64,000 bases of DNA from Octopus bimaculoides (GCF_001194135.2 NC_068983.1:26993201-27057200); one strand, 5' to 3'. Positions 27,275 to 40,799 are shown, numbered from the stretch's first letter. Made by a program: numbers and translations. The notes: a model not told the origin generated them from the letters alone.

Positions 27275-27872
27275 TTTTCATGTATATACATATGTAAGCA
27301 TGTATGTATGTACATATGTATGCCTATATGGATGTATATGTCATCTTCTATGTAATCAAAAACATGCATCTTGAAAATATTCTGTAATTCCCTTATGTTA
27401 TTCCCAAGTTGTAATGCTTGAGCTAGATACAAAAGAATATAACTAATGCACCATACTTCCAGAGATTTCCAATTTCAATCTCTGTTACGGTATTGCAGCA
27501 TACAGTGCACCTAGAGCACTGTTTGAAGTGTATGATTTTAATAAATAATATACATGATCTTATGCATTATATTCTTATCCATGTATTTCGGTAATAACTT
27601 AGAAAAATCATTTGTACTTTGGTTACTGCATTGATATATGCGCATGCGCGTGTGCGCCCGTGTGCATGGATGTACACAAGCGGAGGGATGTATCCATGCA
27701 TACATACATATGTACACAGAACTTATATATACGCTTATACATATATACATATCCCCACGTATACATACGTACTTCCACATACATATGTGTGCGTGCGTGT
27801 GAGCATGCGTGTTTTGTGTATGTGTTTGTGCGTGTGTGTGTGTATGTGTGTGCGTGTGTGTGTCTATGTGTT

Positions 27873-28280
27873 AGATTGGAAAGATGGTCCTCTAACATTT
27901 TTGGCATTGCAATTTTCAATGTACATTGTCAATATTAATACAGTAAAATATTGTCATCAATTGGAAGCACTGCACAAAAATTCGCAGAAAATATCCTGTT
28001 CTTGGTCAATCTTATGGGGGTCTTATAACCGCACATTTTCTCCAAGTTACTCAGAAAATAATTGCAGCATTTTTCCTCATGCACTTTAGTTTCCTGATGT
28101 TATTCTATTTAACATCATGTTTTCAAGTCATTGCAATGTTATTTGAAAGAAAAGTTATTTATCAATTGTGAAGATAAAATAATACTGAATAGTTCTTTTT
28201 CTTAAGAATCTTACGCCCGAGGGAGTGATCTACTATTGGCCAAACAGATCGGATATGTAATCCAAAGGAGGAAATATTAC
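27873..28280 (+). mobile_element. mariner (DD34D-type) transposase relic, catalytic half
   Basis: DWKDGPLTFLAL; INTVKYCHQLEALHK; LVNLMGVL; PHAL*FPDV (YSPDL region); HHVFKSLQCYLKEKLFINCED. These are collinear with the mariner consensus WDxKG..INxxxYCxQL..LVNRKGV..PHPPYSPDLAPSDYHLFRSL. Confidence 0.65.
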
Positions 28281-29399
28281 CTAGATTTAATATATCAAGT
28301 AAAACCATACAAGCATTTGTTTTCCATCCTGAAATATGTCAAAGCAATATTTTATTATTTCGACAACGTTAAGATAAAATGCATAAACTAGATTTCAATG
28401 GGTTTTGAACATCGTAAATAACCATAAGTACTGCATATCATGATATATGGTCATGTACGTACTCTGCTCCGAATAGTACTTAGGAATAGCTTGATTCATA
28501 TGACATTTTCTGCATAAATATCCGTTTCCTACGCATGTCTACAATAGAACTCGCTTTGAATTAGCCTCACGTCGAAGTTAATCTCTGCTGAACCACAGCA
28601 CTGGAAACAGATTATTGCAGTGAATGAAGACATGTTCTACCCTCGCGTCTGTGAAAATGTCAGAGAAATAGTCATGCATGGCAATAATATATGTACACCT
28701 CTCATCGTTTCTATCAAAATGTGTGAATATACATTTATAGGTTAACGTAAAGTACCATTCAGATTGTAACAGAAATAATATGTTACGTCGGAATCATAAT
28801 TGATACCGCCACAACTGCTTAAAGGAAGCATTCATAAATGTCCGTTATATTAGAAAAAATATCTAGAGTACTGCCATAATAATAAATCCCGTTCACTACC
28901 GAACCTAGAGAACGGCCGATTGGAAATCTGAAGATGGTGAACTTATGCATATAAAGAACTTAAAACTTACTATAGAGAACAAAAAAACAGAGTGTGGGAG
29001 AGAGAGGGAGAGAAAGAAAGAGAGACAGAGAGGAAGAGAGAGAGGGAGTGAGAGAAAGAGAGAGACAGAGAGGAGATTCACACCTAGGTTAATATTTTAG
29101 CAATCTGCGTATGTCATAATTGCCACATATCTTTTCATACCAGAAGTATTGTAATCACCATTTCCTTTCCATAAGCCATTGTTTTTAACTTTAAGATATT
29201 GAAAAAAGAATACACCACCGAAAATGTGATGCAGAGGTGTTAAAATCGTAATATATTAATGTTTATCTTTTACTTCTCTTCCATTTCTTTATCTCTAATG
29301 TGCATTGTGTTAGCTTTAAGTACACATACAGCCTAACACACGTGTGCACATATATACAAGTGATGCACAAAACAATTGTAAAACTTTGTCATTGAAATT

Positions 29400-30270
29400 T
29401 ATTAATAGAGAGTTGGTCGAATTTATGCGCCCATCAAAATTGTATATCAAGGAATTCACCACTATTTGTTCCAGACGGTTACTAGGCGATTTCGAAGTCA
29501 CCCTTCAAGTAAAATCCGCTTTAATCCGTTTCATTGACGATGCCGAAAACAAGAGTTTCTCACCCACTGCTCCAAAATACAGCAGTGGACCGTTCGGTTA
29601 TACAGAAATTTGGTGATAGCACTGATCAATCCAACATTATTGACCTGGAAGATTGCATTGCAACCGAGGAATGATATTTTTACCCCTGGATGGACATGGT
29701 CCGCCAAAAGACTCACGTAATCATTGATGTTATCTTTGATGTGCCGAAAGACTAAAGAGTCTAGAGAACTCCGTTATATGGCGGCCCATATCCTCAGAGT
29801 CATCTCTATGCTTCTCAGAATTAATGGATTCTTTGGATTGTTTTGAGTCTTAAACTCGACCCAAAGAAGGAAAAAAAAAAAGGCAAATGAGCAATAATCA
29901 GAAAAAATAACATTATTCCACTAAACAACTCTCCGCTTATGAATGTCAGTGGGGAAGACCAATTGCAGCCCTCCCCTCGTATCGAGGGTCATGGATGTCC
30001 CGACGAACAACTTTAGTAGACATAGGTTTGATAATATACTCGTTTAAAATCGCTGTTACATTCGCTGCCGTAATTTGATGATGTTTTAGACATATGTCTC
30101 ATTACTCTGCGATAACCCGCTATGAGCTTAGGTTTCTGCCCAGAGTTATGCAAATCAGCACTGGTCTTAATTTGATTTTCGAATGCCAACACGATTTTAC
30201 AGTTTGCGCCCCTGAAAACATTAAAAACAATCTGCATCTTTAGTTCCATCGATCTACACTCCAACAATTT
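29400..30270 (-). mobile_element. Tc1 (DD34E-type) transposase relic
   Basis: N-terminal VFNVFRGANCKIVLAFENQIKTSADLHNSGQKPKLIAGYRRVMRHMSK (paired-like HTH with SGRxxKL); LRIWAAI (VMxWGxI); YVSLLADHVHP...NAIFQVNN (FQDDN); HCCILEQWVRN; LRNRLVTVWNK. Many stops and frameshifts. Confidence 0.75.
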
Positions 30271-30581
30271 ATCCCCTTTGTGAATCAGACAGGACGTGGA
30301 TTTTAACTTACGTCAGGAAAAAAAAACAAAACGAAAGACGGAGTGCTATGTCATGACGTTTCATAGTACACATCAAACATGAAATACATATATACATAGA
30401 CTCCAGCAGTTTTGAATTTGTCAAATTATCAACAGAAAACAAAAGTTAAGTGTTTTCGTTTTGTCCAATAGCTGTATATGAGCGATGTCAGCAGGCAAAT
30501 GCATGTGTATGTGTGTGTGTATATGTACATAATGTGCATATGTTAATATGTACGCTCACGCACACACTCACAGACACCGAT

Positions 30582-30582
<1 letters not shown>

Positions 30583-30645
<63 letters not shown>
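30583..30645. repeat. (CA)n microsatellite
   Basis: Directly visible. Confidence 0.95.
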
Positions 30646-30651
<6 letters not shown>

Positions 30652-31403
30652 ATATATGTATATTTATATATGTATATACGTACTTATTTCACGTAACAAT
30701 TTCTATCGGTGTCAGAAATCACAACTCAGGCGTTTATTATGCAAAGTAATCTCCATCATCAAGTTGTCGTTAAACGACTTAAAAAAATAGAAATTTGTTC
30801 AGTTGAAGTCTCGACAATATAGTAAATATTCTGTAAACAATTCTTTTAATACTCTTTGCTTATCAAATATCATTTCAACTACTCCAGAAATGGAAGTTTT
30901 AACCATGTTATGTTTTGTTTGTGAATTCTAATACGTTTTCTGTAAGAGATTATACATAGCATTTAAAAGCATCTTGTCAAACTGACATACCAGTTTCAAC
31001 AGGCAATTACCTGCAATTCTTGATAATCGAATCTTTCTATACAGTCTTCTTTATTTCTCACCCTTGAATCGGATTTAAGTTGACTGGTGTTAGATTTGTT
31101 TTTTTCTTCATTCAACTATTCGACATGATAGACCGTTACGTTGTCGTAGAACAGGTTACTATAGAAAGAGTACGCTTTTGTATTTTGTAGGATATGAAGG
31201 ATTAATTGGCAAAGTCAAGCATGGCACTAAGTAAAGGAAGGAAACTAAATACTCGAAGGACAGAATTTACTAAGTCACCTTACGAAATTTGTAAACATTA
31301 AATCCCTATAGAGAAAGTATTGGTGGATTAAGTTGTCAAATAAATCAATGCATCTGTACATGCATACAAGCAAAAATACATATATATATATGTACATATT
31401 GCA

Positions 31404-31466
<63 letters not shown>

Positions 31467-31849
31467 TGTGTATGTGTGTGTGTAAGTGTTCACGTGTGCA
31501 TGTATGTGGTAGATACTGATCAGGATGACACTGATGCTTGTTCTGGTTTCGCATCGCGAAATCAAATGTGAATTCATGGAAAATTCAAGTAGCAAGGACA
31601 AAAAAAAGCATCAACATATGTAAAATAACAAATATTTTCTGCTACATCTATGAATTATTTTCCCTCTCTTGATGGTTGAAAAGGATATTTGTATACATGC
31701 ATATATACATAAATTCACACACACACGCGCACGCACATACACACACGCATACAAACAAGCATTATATATGTGTGTTTCTATGCAAATTCACATAAATGCA
31801 TAAATTCAAATGCAATTGTGTATAGAGAGAGATTCGTACAAGGGTCATC

Positions 31850-32070
31850 TCGACATAGGTGTGTTGCAAATGATTCCAGAACCGAGCGGGGCCGTTCTTC
31901 TCAGGATCGAGCAAGCCACCTTTCTTCTAGGAGAGAGAATATTACGAGAAAGAAAAGAATCTGTATACGGAAGGCACTTTTCTCGTCGCCCCCTCAAATG
32001 GTAAGAAGAAAGGTTGAACAAAACGGGATAAGATCGCAGAGGGCTAAGAAATGGAAACATTACGATTGCC
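31850..32070 (+). mobile_element. Internally deleted mariner transposase relic
   Basis: Frameshifted SGAVLL/QDRASH (about GVLLHDNARPH), LYTEG (about FYxxG) and KVEQNG (mariner C-terminal KVVEQNG). Confidence 0.45.
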
Positions 32071-32103
32071 AGATAAGTTTATCAGTATATGTAACATCAG
32101 AAA

Positions 32104-32331
32104 GGGGGCGAGATGGCAAAATAGTTAGCACACCGGACAAAATGCTTAAGCGCATTTTGTTCGTCTTAACTTTCTGAATTCAGATGCCGCCGGAAATGAC
32201 TTTGTATTTCATCCATTCGGGGGGTCAATAAATTAAGTATATTATATGAAATAAGTTGAATATTGGGGTTAATTTAGTCGACTTAACCCCTTCCCCATAA
32301 CTACTGGTCAAGTGCCAAAATTTGAGACCAA
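32104..32331 (+). mobile_element. SINE family A, near full length
   Basis: tRNA-like head ggcgagatggcaaaatagttagcacaccggacaaaatgctta...ctgaattcagatgcc; central gactttgtatttcatccattcggggggtcaataaattaagta; tail gtgccaaaatttgagaccaat. Related to the 16941, 40800 and 56165 copies. Confidence 0.8.
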
Positions 32332-33154
32332 TATATATGAAACCAGAACAAATCTGCCGCCTTGTGTATATCTGTGTATGTACATACATAATAAACAATA
32401 TATACATATATCTTAACACATATTTGTTATCCAAAATCTGAAAGCATTTTCAGTTGAACCAATTTCATAAGTAATAAATACTTCAAAAATGTTCACTGCA
32501 CCATGGCAGTGATACTAAAAAAAAGCTGTTTATTACTGCACATTTAGAAATACGACACATATTTATGAGAAAGCAGATAAATCTGTTCTGTATTCTTATA
32601 GCAAACAATTCTAAATAATCAGCAATGTGATAGATCCCTACGTTAAAATTTCATTGCTTTCAATGATCATTATTATGCAAATAAGTTGCAACACGTTCTA
32701 TTCAGCAGCATTTCCGTAACGTGTAGAATTGATGATGAGCTGGCGATCGCAATGGATTTCCGTTTTGAAGAAACTCTAATGCGTTTCAACAACAGGACTG
32801 TTATAATCTCTAATTAATAGTCGTCTAGGGGCATGGATTTGATGAAGAACGTTTTGGAATAAAAATTCTAAACGAAACGCGTTACGAGACTTCTCCTGAA
32901 AGAAATGATATGAAGTACTTTGCTAGTCTCGTTAGCATAAGTTCTTGTTATGGTAATTTCGAAATTACAATTAACATATATTTCAAAATTTTTGTTTAGA
33001 TTTATAATCCTTTTTATATAAAGGTAGACAAAATATTATAGAAACTAAATATACATATAAAAACAAATACATGGATAAATACAATTCCATCCTATGCTAG
33101 ATACACAAACATACAGACACTCACACATCCGTACATATAAAGTAAGAAAACGCG

Positions 33155-33224
<70 letters not shown>
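33155..33224. repeat. (GATA)n microsatellite
   Basis: About 17 units, directly visible. Confidence 0.97.
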
Positions 33225-33779
33225 GTACAGAGGGAGAGAGAGTGAGAAAAACAGACAGACAGGTAAACAAAGAGATTGGAATTCATAGTCGATATTTAAA
33301 AATTTTCTGTGGCGTAGCTTCTGAATCATAGATTGTCCAAGAGAGCACCCTACAATTTTAATCTAACAAACAGAGACAGTGATCTACACGCATGAATTTA
33401 TTAGATTTCAGCCCGACAAATATTTAAACTTAATCTCTCTAATCCATCTCTGCTCAAGGTTATAGTTAGCAATTAAGCATATGTAGGAGATTCTGTTGCA
33501 CTGAAAGGAATTTTCGATTTATGTCTTCACTGTTTTAATTATGTACAGTGGGTGCTTTTTGATCGAATATGTAAGATGTTCGCAATGCAAACGTGTGTTC
33601 TTGGAATAGAGGGCAAGTTGGGCAAATGTAATTTCTTTTGACCAAGAGTTGAGTCAATAACCCTGAGTTAATTTGAAATGGAAGTTTTATAGAACACCCA
33701 CCAGTAGATTCTGTGAGTAAATCGAAGAGTACTGACTTGTTGCATACTGTGTGACGCTGATCTGATTGTGCCAGAGACT

Positions 33780-33990
33780 TACGTTAAGTATACGCCTACA
33801 GGTGACGTCCTGTTAATTAAAGAGCAGGTCATTTATCTTATAAAACAACTTTGAAATCGTTGAATGAGGTGATCCACTCAGACCATCTTTCGTATACATC
33901 TCCAAATGTGTGACATAAATTATTTATCACATGTTGAGCACTGCGTGTGTAATCTATAAAGTTGGTACTGAAGTTCTCCCAAAATTCTTA
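33780..33990 (-). mobile_element. Possible decayed PLE GIY-YIG relic
   Basis: LYRLHTQCSTCDK*FMSHIWRCIRKMV*VDH...TSPVGVYL weakly follows the pattern YxIxCxxCxxxYxGxTxRxL..EH..PVAxHF. Confidence 0.3.
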
Positions 33991-34719
33991 ACTTCTTTTC
34001 CATTAGTAACCTATAAAGAGCTTCTCGTCAATTCTCCTGCTGACAGCACGAATCACTGTGTGGTATTTCACAGTAAAGTGTTTGAGAGAGGGAGAGTGGA
34101 GAATGGGAATGTAAGGCAAGTCTCACTGAATATATATATATATTTATGCATCGATGCATATGTACGTACATTCATATATATATATATATATATANNNNNN
34201 NNNNNNNNNNNNNNNNNNNNNNNNNNNNNNNNNNNNNNNNNNNNNNNNNNNNNNNNNNNNNNNNNNNNNNNNNNNNNNNNNNNNNNNNNNNNNNNNNNNN
34301 NNNNNNNNNNNNNNNNNNNNNNNNNNNNNNNNNNNNNNNNNNNNNNNNNNNNNNNNNNNNNNNNNNNNNNNNNNNNNNNNNNNNNNNNNNNNNNNNNNNN
34401 NNNNNNNNNNNNNNNNNNNNNNNNNNNNNNNNNNNNNNNNNNNNNNNNNNNNNNNNNNNNNNNNNNNNNNNNNNNNNNNNNNNNNNNNNNNNNNNNNNNN
34501 NNNNNNNNNNNNNNNNNNNNNNNNNNNNNNNNNNNNNNNNNNNNNNNNNNNNNNNNNNNNNNNNNNNNNNNNNNNNNNNNNNNNNNNNNNNNNNNNNNNN
34601 NNNNNNNNNNNNNNNNNNNNNNNNNNNNNNNNNNNNNNNNNNNNNNNNNNNNNNNNNNNNNNNNNNNNNNNNNNNNNNNNNNNNNNNNNNNNNNNNNNNN
34701 NNNNNNNNNNNNNTATATA

Positions 34720-34790
34720 TATACGATGGGCTTCTTTCAGTTTCCCTCTACCCAATCCACTTGCAGGGCTTTGTTCACCACTGAGTTTGC
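34720..34790 (-). mobile_element. SINE family B fragment
   Basis: acgatgggcttctttcagtttccctctacccaatccacttgcagggctttg is the reverse complement of the family B body. Confidence 0.7.
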
Positions 34791-36498
34791 ATTCACGTGA
34801 CATGATTTCCCATGTAAGCAGAAAATCGTTAAATACGGGTCAAGGTAGAGCATACTTTAGGTGGTTAAAAATAGGAGGATTTTTTTTTTTTTTTAGTCCC
34901 TGGTAATCGCGATATTTTTATTTAGCAACATCTTTTCACAGGAATAAAAGAAAGAAAAACTAAACTGTATAAGAGCTTAATTTATCAAGAATACATAAAT
35001 CCAGGATTGCTTAAACGAGGAGATAAAGAAAAATATACAAAAGGAGGGGTTAAGCGGCAAATGATGGATACGGTGAATAACAAGTTGTACGTGCCAGTCC
35101 AGATGATTTGTTAAATCGTGAAAATGCGGACATATTTGTAAAGGTGTTGCCGTCGTGCCGCAGTGATCCCGATTGTGTGTGTGTAATCAGCAGTGCGGTG
35201 TCTGAGAACTGCTGAGTTCTTGGCGGTGAAAGATACAATCTAGCGTGTATATTTTTTAAATTCTTTTCTAGATTATGCGCAGCGATAATCGGTTTTAGGG
35301 TGGAAGCATCCAGGATCAATTCGCAACTGCATGCATACTTAAGCTCAAAATTTGAGATATACTCCATCGCTCGTTTGAGTATATCATCTCTTAAGTATCT
35401 CAAAGCCATGATTTGCTATATCTTCTTTGAGATGAAATTTCTTCTAATCCTTGTTTTGTAACATTACCCATATCTTTCGATTTCATAGCATTTCTCTTTT
35501 CTTATTCCCATATTCACGGCTATGTATTTCTACGTACAACCAACATATTAATAGACCATGTAATCTGCGGAAGCGAAGTAAAGGAACAGGTAGTTGAATG
35601 ATATACAAACTTTAAGCGTATTTTCAATTAATTACGTATACTATGCATACTTACGTATCCTCAAATATGTATAAATGTAAATGCACATATCTAGGTATGT
35701 TTAATATGAATAGGCAAGATTTTACAGAAATGAGTGAAGTTCAACGAGAATAGCCTATATCACATACGCATTTAGATCGTTATTCATATATAACAAAGTG
35801 TTATTATATACGTATAGAAATACTTGTATTCGAACATATCTCTAAGGTGGTGGTGGATATCTTGTTATATACGTCATGCATGTGAGTGCGCTAATGTACG
35901 TTTATACCAAAAAAAAATAGCAACTTCAGGGCACACTGTGTTGGTGAACGTACGCTCAGGTATAGATCTCTTGTTTCTTTTCTCAGCATGCATGCATGTG
36001 TGATTCTAATTATTTCCCTTTCATACATAATTCGTTTCAGCATGACGATCACAATCCCATATGCCTGTGATGCAATACCGCTACCTTCATTAATTTCATC
36101 ATGCTTAGATGATATCTGAACTAACCACGCTCACCAAATTGATCTGATGGTCATCTTGTTACATGTCATGTGAAATGCTTTTGCTAAAAATGGTTAAATG
36201 ATTAAAAAAAGAATCGAATACTGGTGGGGAAATTTTAGATTTTCAGAGACAGTGCCAATATAGCGAAAAAATTAGATTGTCTACACACAACGCACAGTAT
36301 TGATCTCTATTCCTTTCTTTCAGTTGCAATCATTAATGCACAGACACTCACGCATACACGTACACAAAAAAAGTGCACACGCGTGCATATGCATGTACGT
36401 ATGTACAGGACCTGTCCAATTGTCCGTTAACATCAGAAAAAGAGAAATGTCCCAGATTTCAGAATAATCAAGTTTTCTCAAGACAGTATGTACATATG

Positions 36499-36537
<39 letters not shown>

Positions 36538-37388
36538 ATATACACGTGAGTATATGTTCGTGTGTGTGTATGTCTTTGTGCATGTATATGCATTTGCGCG
36601 TGTGTCTGTATATATCCATATATATATACGTGTGTGTGTGTGTGTGTGTGTGTGTGTCTGTGTGTGTGTGTGTATATAGATATATATACTTGCACACACA
36701 CACACACACACATGTGTGTATATAGGTATACACACACACACACGTATTTCTTTACCTGTACAGACACATAGTTTATGGCTCGTATTATTGGCTTAAACGT
36801 TTATGTCTTTCCTTAATCGTATTGTCATATGAAGAATCGTTATGTCGGCGTTTAATACATCTCTCGGGGGTTCACACATGACGCGTTAAGAAAAGTCTTC
36901 ATGTAATTAATTCTAAGAACATTTTAATTTGTAAGTGTTTATGATAGTCACACTTCTATTTGAGGAGGTTTTCTATTTCTTTAATTTTCTAAGTGATTCC
37001 TAAGTTGTTGACAATTTCTACTCAAGACGGGTTTTAGATAACACATTAAAGTATTTACTTTCAGACAGGACACCGATTATATATAAACGAGCTATAAAAC
37101 TTCCGACTCTAATTTTATCATTTATAGATGGTCCAAGATATATTATTGGCACCTCGTTTGAAACAAAATCTTCCGAACATCTCTATTTACAAGTATCATA
37201 TAATTTCTATTGACCAAGTCCCTGTATTCATGAACGCTAATACATTTACGATTGTAATGAAATTTAAGAAATGCTTTCTAGCAAACTTATTCGTGTATAA
37301 ACACATATAAACTCGCCAGCACACGCACAAACGCATTATATATTTATGTGTGTGTGTGTGTATGTGTGTATATATATACACATATACA

Positions 37389-37625
37389 CAGGTTTGGCCA
37401 AAAGTTACTCAACAGTAAATACTTAATATTTAAATAAATATTAAATGTTCAATTGTGTTTATTCATTTGGAAAAATGGTGTCGCTGTAGAAAGACTCCAA
37501 TTAAACAATTTTCATGAAGTTTCATATTTAGTTGCTTGTATTAAATTCATTCAATTTTTAAGCATAAGTAGATCTTGGAATTGATTGGTTTTGATTTACT
37601 GCAAGGTGACTTTTGGCCAAAGCTC
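37389..37625. mobile_element. Tc1/mariner-type MITE (~237 bp) with 20-bp terminal inverted repeats
   Basis: Left CAGGTTTGGCCAAAAGTTAC versus the reverse complement of the right end, GAGCTTTGGCCAAAAGTCAC (17/20 match). TA on the right flank and CA on the left (a mutated TA target-site duplication). Non-coding AT-rich interior. Confidence 0.8.
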
Positions 37626-37887
37626 TATATACATACATACATAGAGATAGATAGACAGACTGCTAAAGCTATGTAAATATATATAGATATAGATTAATCT
37701 TATATTTTGTATCTTTTCATTTGTCTTGCTCGATTACGTTCTGGCGTTTGCTGAATTTTCTTGAAAACAATATTTTCTCAGTGGTCAGACCATACGGAGT
37801 CTACATCTAGCATAATGGATATCCACTTAGTAGTCATCCCTCTATTATGTATGTAGATATAGATAGATAGATAGATACATACATACA

Positions 37888-37921
<34 letters not shown>

Positions 37922-37982
37922 CATACATACATATATATATACATACATATATACATACGAACATATAGATATATGTATTAGT

Positions 37983-38420
37983 CACAGGCGTGAGTGTGTG
38001 ATAAGAAGTTTACTTCCCAACAACATGGTTCCAGCTTCAGTCCTCCTACGCGGTGCCTTGGGCAAATAATTTCTATTACAGCCTCGGGCCGACCAAATCA
38101 TTGTGAGTGGATTTGGTAGATGGCAATTGAATTGAAAGAAGCTCGTGATATATATGTGTGCGTGTGAGTGTGTATGAGTGCCTGTGTGTTCGTGTGGCTT
38201 TGTGTGTGTGTTTGTGTTTGTATGTGCGTATCTATGTGTCTTTGCTATTCTGCTTGTCACCTACAATCGTTTGACAACTTGTATTAGTTTATATTTCCCT
38301 ACTTTGTTACTACTGGAAAAGAGACCGATAGAATAAGTACCAGGTTTTAAAATAGTACTGGGGTTGATTAGTTCAAATAAAGACCCTTACAGGTGGTGCC
38401 CCAGTCGTATAGCTGCAATG
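37983..38420 (+). mobile_element. SINE family B, full length (tRNA-like head, CORE-like ccttgggcaa, internal TG tract, tail)
   Basis: cacaggcgtgagtgtgtgataagaagtttacttcccaacaacatggttccagcttcagtcc...gccttgggcaaata...gggccgaccaaa...gtggatttggtaga...aaagagaccgatagaataagtacc. Confidence 0.85.
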
Positions 38421-39309
38421 GATTGAGAAACAATATACAACATCCTATGGTACATCTTTTTTCCCCTGATGACATGATACTCATGTCACATAAATGCATA
38501 TTTGATGTACAAATTGGTAATTAAATTACTGAATATTGATTGAAACGGTTGTAAGAATAGGAGGTGACAAAATTGTTAATAATAAATAATTGTTAACTTC
38601 CTTATCTCCATCTTCTGTTCTACATTTAACTGGATATATATATACATATATAGACAGTGTGAGACTGTCTATACAGCAAGAATGATTAGTAAGTACACCG
38701 ATCTAGATATATACACACATGCATAGATGGTGTATGCGTACGTACATATACAGAAACACACACGTGTGTGTGTGTACTTATATGTATATATTCAGAAATT
38801 CATTGCGTGTTTTGAAATTCATGAGCGTTGTTCTTCACATTTTTTCCTTTAGTGCAAATACTATTAACCTGTACAATGTCATTTGCTTTATTCATACTTT
38901 ATTCGCTTGTATTTAACTTTATATCAAGTCTTGTCTTTTTTTATTCGTCAAACTGAAATTGTATTATCCAAAAGAATTCATCAATTGTGAAAAGTTTAAC
39001 CACCTGTCCAATAAGCATCAGACACTTATTTAGTGACTTAGGAATTGATGTTCGCTGCTCCATTTAATAACATAAAAATCATTGCATTGCTCGGACTTTT
39101 TACATATGTCTGACATTCACGTTATGTGTGTTAGAAAGAAAGACTTTGTGAAATTTCCCCGTTTCAATAAAAAGCTACGTTTTACCGTATCTCTCTTATT
39201 TGAGTACAGCGTTCTTGACGTTGTCTTACACTATGTGTTCATACGTATATATAAACGCGCGTGTCTGTGTGTATGTGTGGTCATATTACATATGCGCATG
39301 CATTTGTTG

Positions 39310-39364
<55 letters not shown>

Positions 39365-40531
39365 NNNNNNNNNNNNNNNNNNNNNNNNNNNNNNNNNNNN
39401 NNNNNNNNNNNNNNNNNNNNNNNNNNNNNNNNNNNNNNNNNNNNNNNNNNNNNNNNNNNNNNNNNNNNNNNNNNNNNNNNNNNNNNNNNNNNNNNNNNNN
39501 NNNNNNNNNNNNNNNNNNNNNNNNNNNNNNNNNNNNNNNNNNNNNNNNNNNNNNNNNNNNNNNNNNNNNNNNNNNNNNNNNNNNNNNNNNNNNNNNNNNN
39601 NNNNNNNNNNNNNNNNNNNNNNNNNNNNNNNNNNNNNNNNNNNNNNNNNNNNNNNNNNNNNNNNNNNNNNNNNNNNNNNNNNNNNNNNNNNNNNNNNNNN
39701 NNNNNNNNNNNNNNNNNNNNNNNNNNNNNNNNNNNNNNNNNNNNNNNNNNNNNNNNNNNNNNNNNNNNNNNNNNNNNNNNNNNNNNNNNNNNNNNNNNNN
39801 NNNNNNNNNNNNNNNNNNNNNNNNNNNNNNNNNNNNNNNNNNNNNNNNNNNNNNNNNNNNNNNNNNNNNNNNNNNNNNNNNNNNNNNNNNNNNNNNNNNN
39901 NNNNNNNNNNNNNNNNNNNNNNNNNNNNNNNNNNNNNNNNNNNNNNNNNNNNNNNNNNNNNNNNNNNNNNNNNNNNNNNNNNNNNNNNNNNNNNNNNNNN
40001 NNNNNNNNNNNNNNNNNNNNNNNNNNNNNNNNNNNNNNNNNNNNNATATATATATATATATATATAGACATACACACACACACACACGCACACACATAAA
40101 TATATATATATATATATTTGCATAATCATGGGTGTGAGCGCGTGTATGTTTGTATATCAATATATACGTAGTTATACCTATTACACATACTTACCATGTA
40201 CAAACGTTTAGGGCATAACATGTAAATGTGTCAATGCGAGTCGATAAGGAAGGAAATATAGTTTCAGCAACACACCTGACCCTATTTGCTGTAACAAAAG
40301 GCCATGTATTTCAATTTACTCAGTTGAAATGATTATTAATGAACATTTTCAAAAGATATTGCCATCTCAATCAGCATGTGTAACATGGGGGTGGTCAATT
40401 CAGAATTTAATTGGACTTACAATTAATGTTGTTGTTGATTTTATTGGTATTATTTAACCACAAATCGGCCCTCATCTAGCCGGTTTGCTAGTGATTAATC
40501 TTCAACGCACATCAATTTCAAGGAAACCCAT

Positions 40532-40680
40532 TAGTTGCTATGCAGAAACAGAATAAAAAAAAAAGACAAATGATACATGGATACATGTAACACACTGAAG
40601 AAAACCCATTGTTTCCTTCACTATGTCGCATGTGTCCATTCATGATTTTTTTTTCTTTTTCTGTTTCTGCATTGCAACTA
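40532..40680. repeat. 149-nt imperfect fold-back (long hairpin)
   Basis: The left arm tagttgctatgcagaaacagaa...atggatacatgtaacacactgaagaaaac pairs with the right arm gtttccttcactatgtcgcatgtgtccat...ttctgtttctgcattgcaacta. The loop is about 5 nt (ccatt). Confidence 0.85.
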
Positions 40681-40799
40681 TTACATTGATATAACTATAT
40701 GTATATGTGTGTTTTGTCATTACATGTTTATGTAACCGCAAATGTATGTTGTCTTCTAATTCCAAATATACTGAACCCATTGATTTCAAATTATGGCAC

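Noticed and set aside
31905-32000. 96-nt phase-0 exon candidate (ttcttctcag...aatg|gtaaga)
   Set aside because: It lies inside a mariner relic (QDRASH, KVEQNG motifs), so it is better explained as transposon sequence. Exonisation cannot be excluded without RNA data.
33820-33970. Protein-like open frame EFWENFSTNFIDY...DVYERWSEWITSFNDFKVVL
   Set aside because: It is short, has no good splice sites, and an alternative frame shows GIY-YIG-like motifs.
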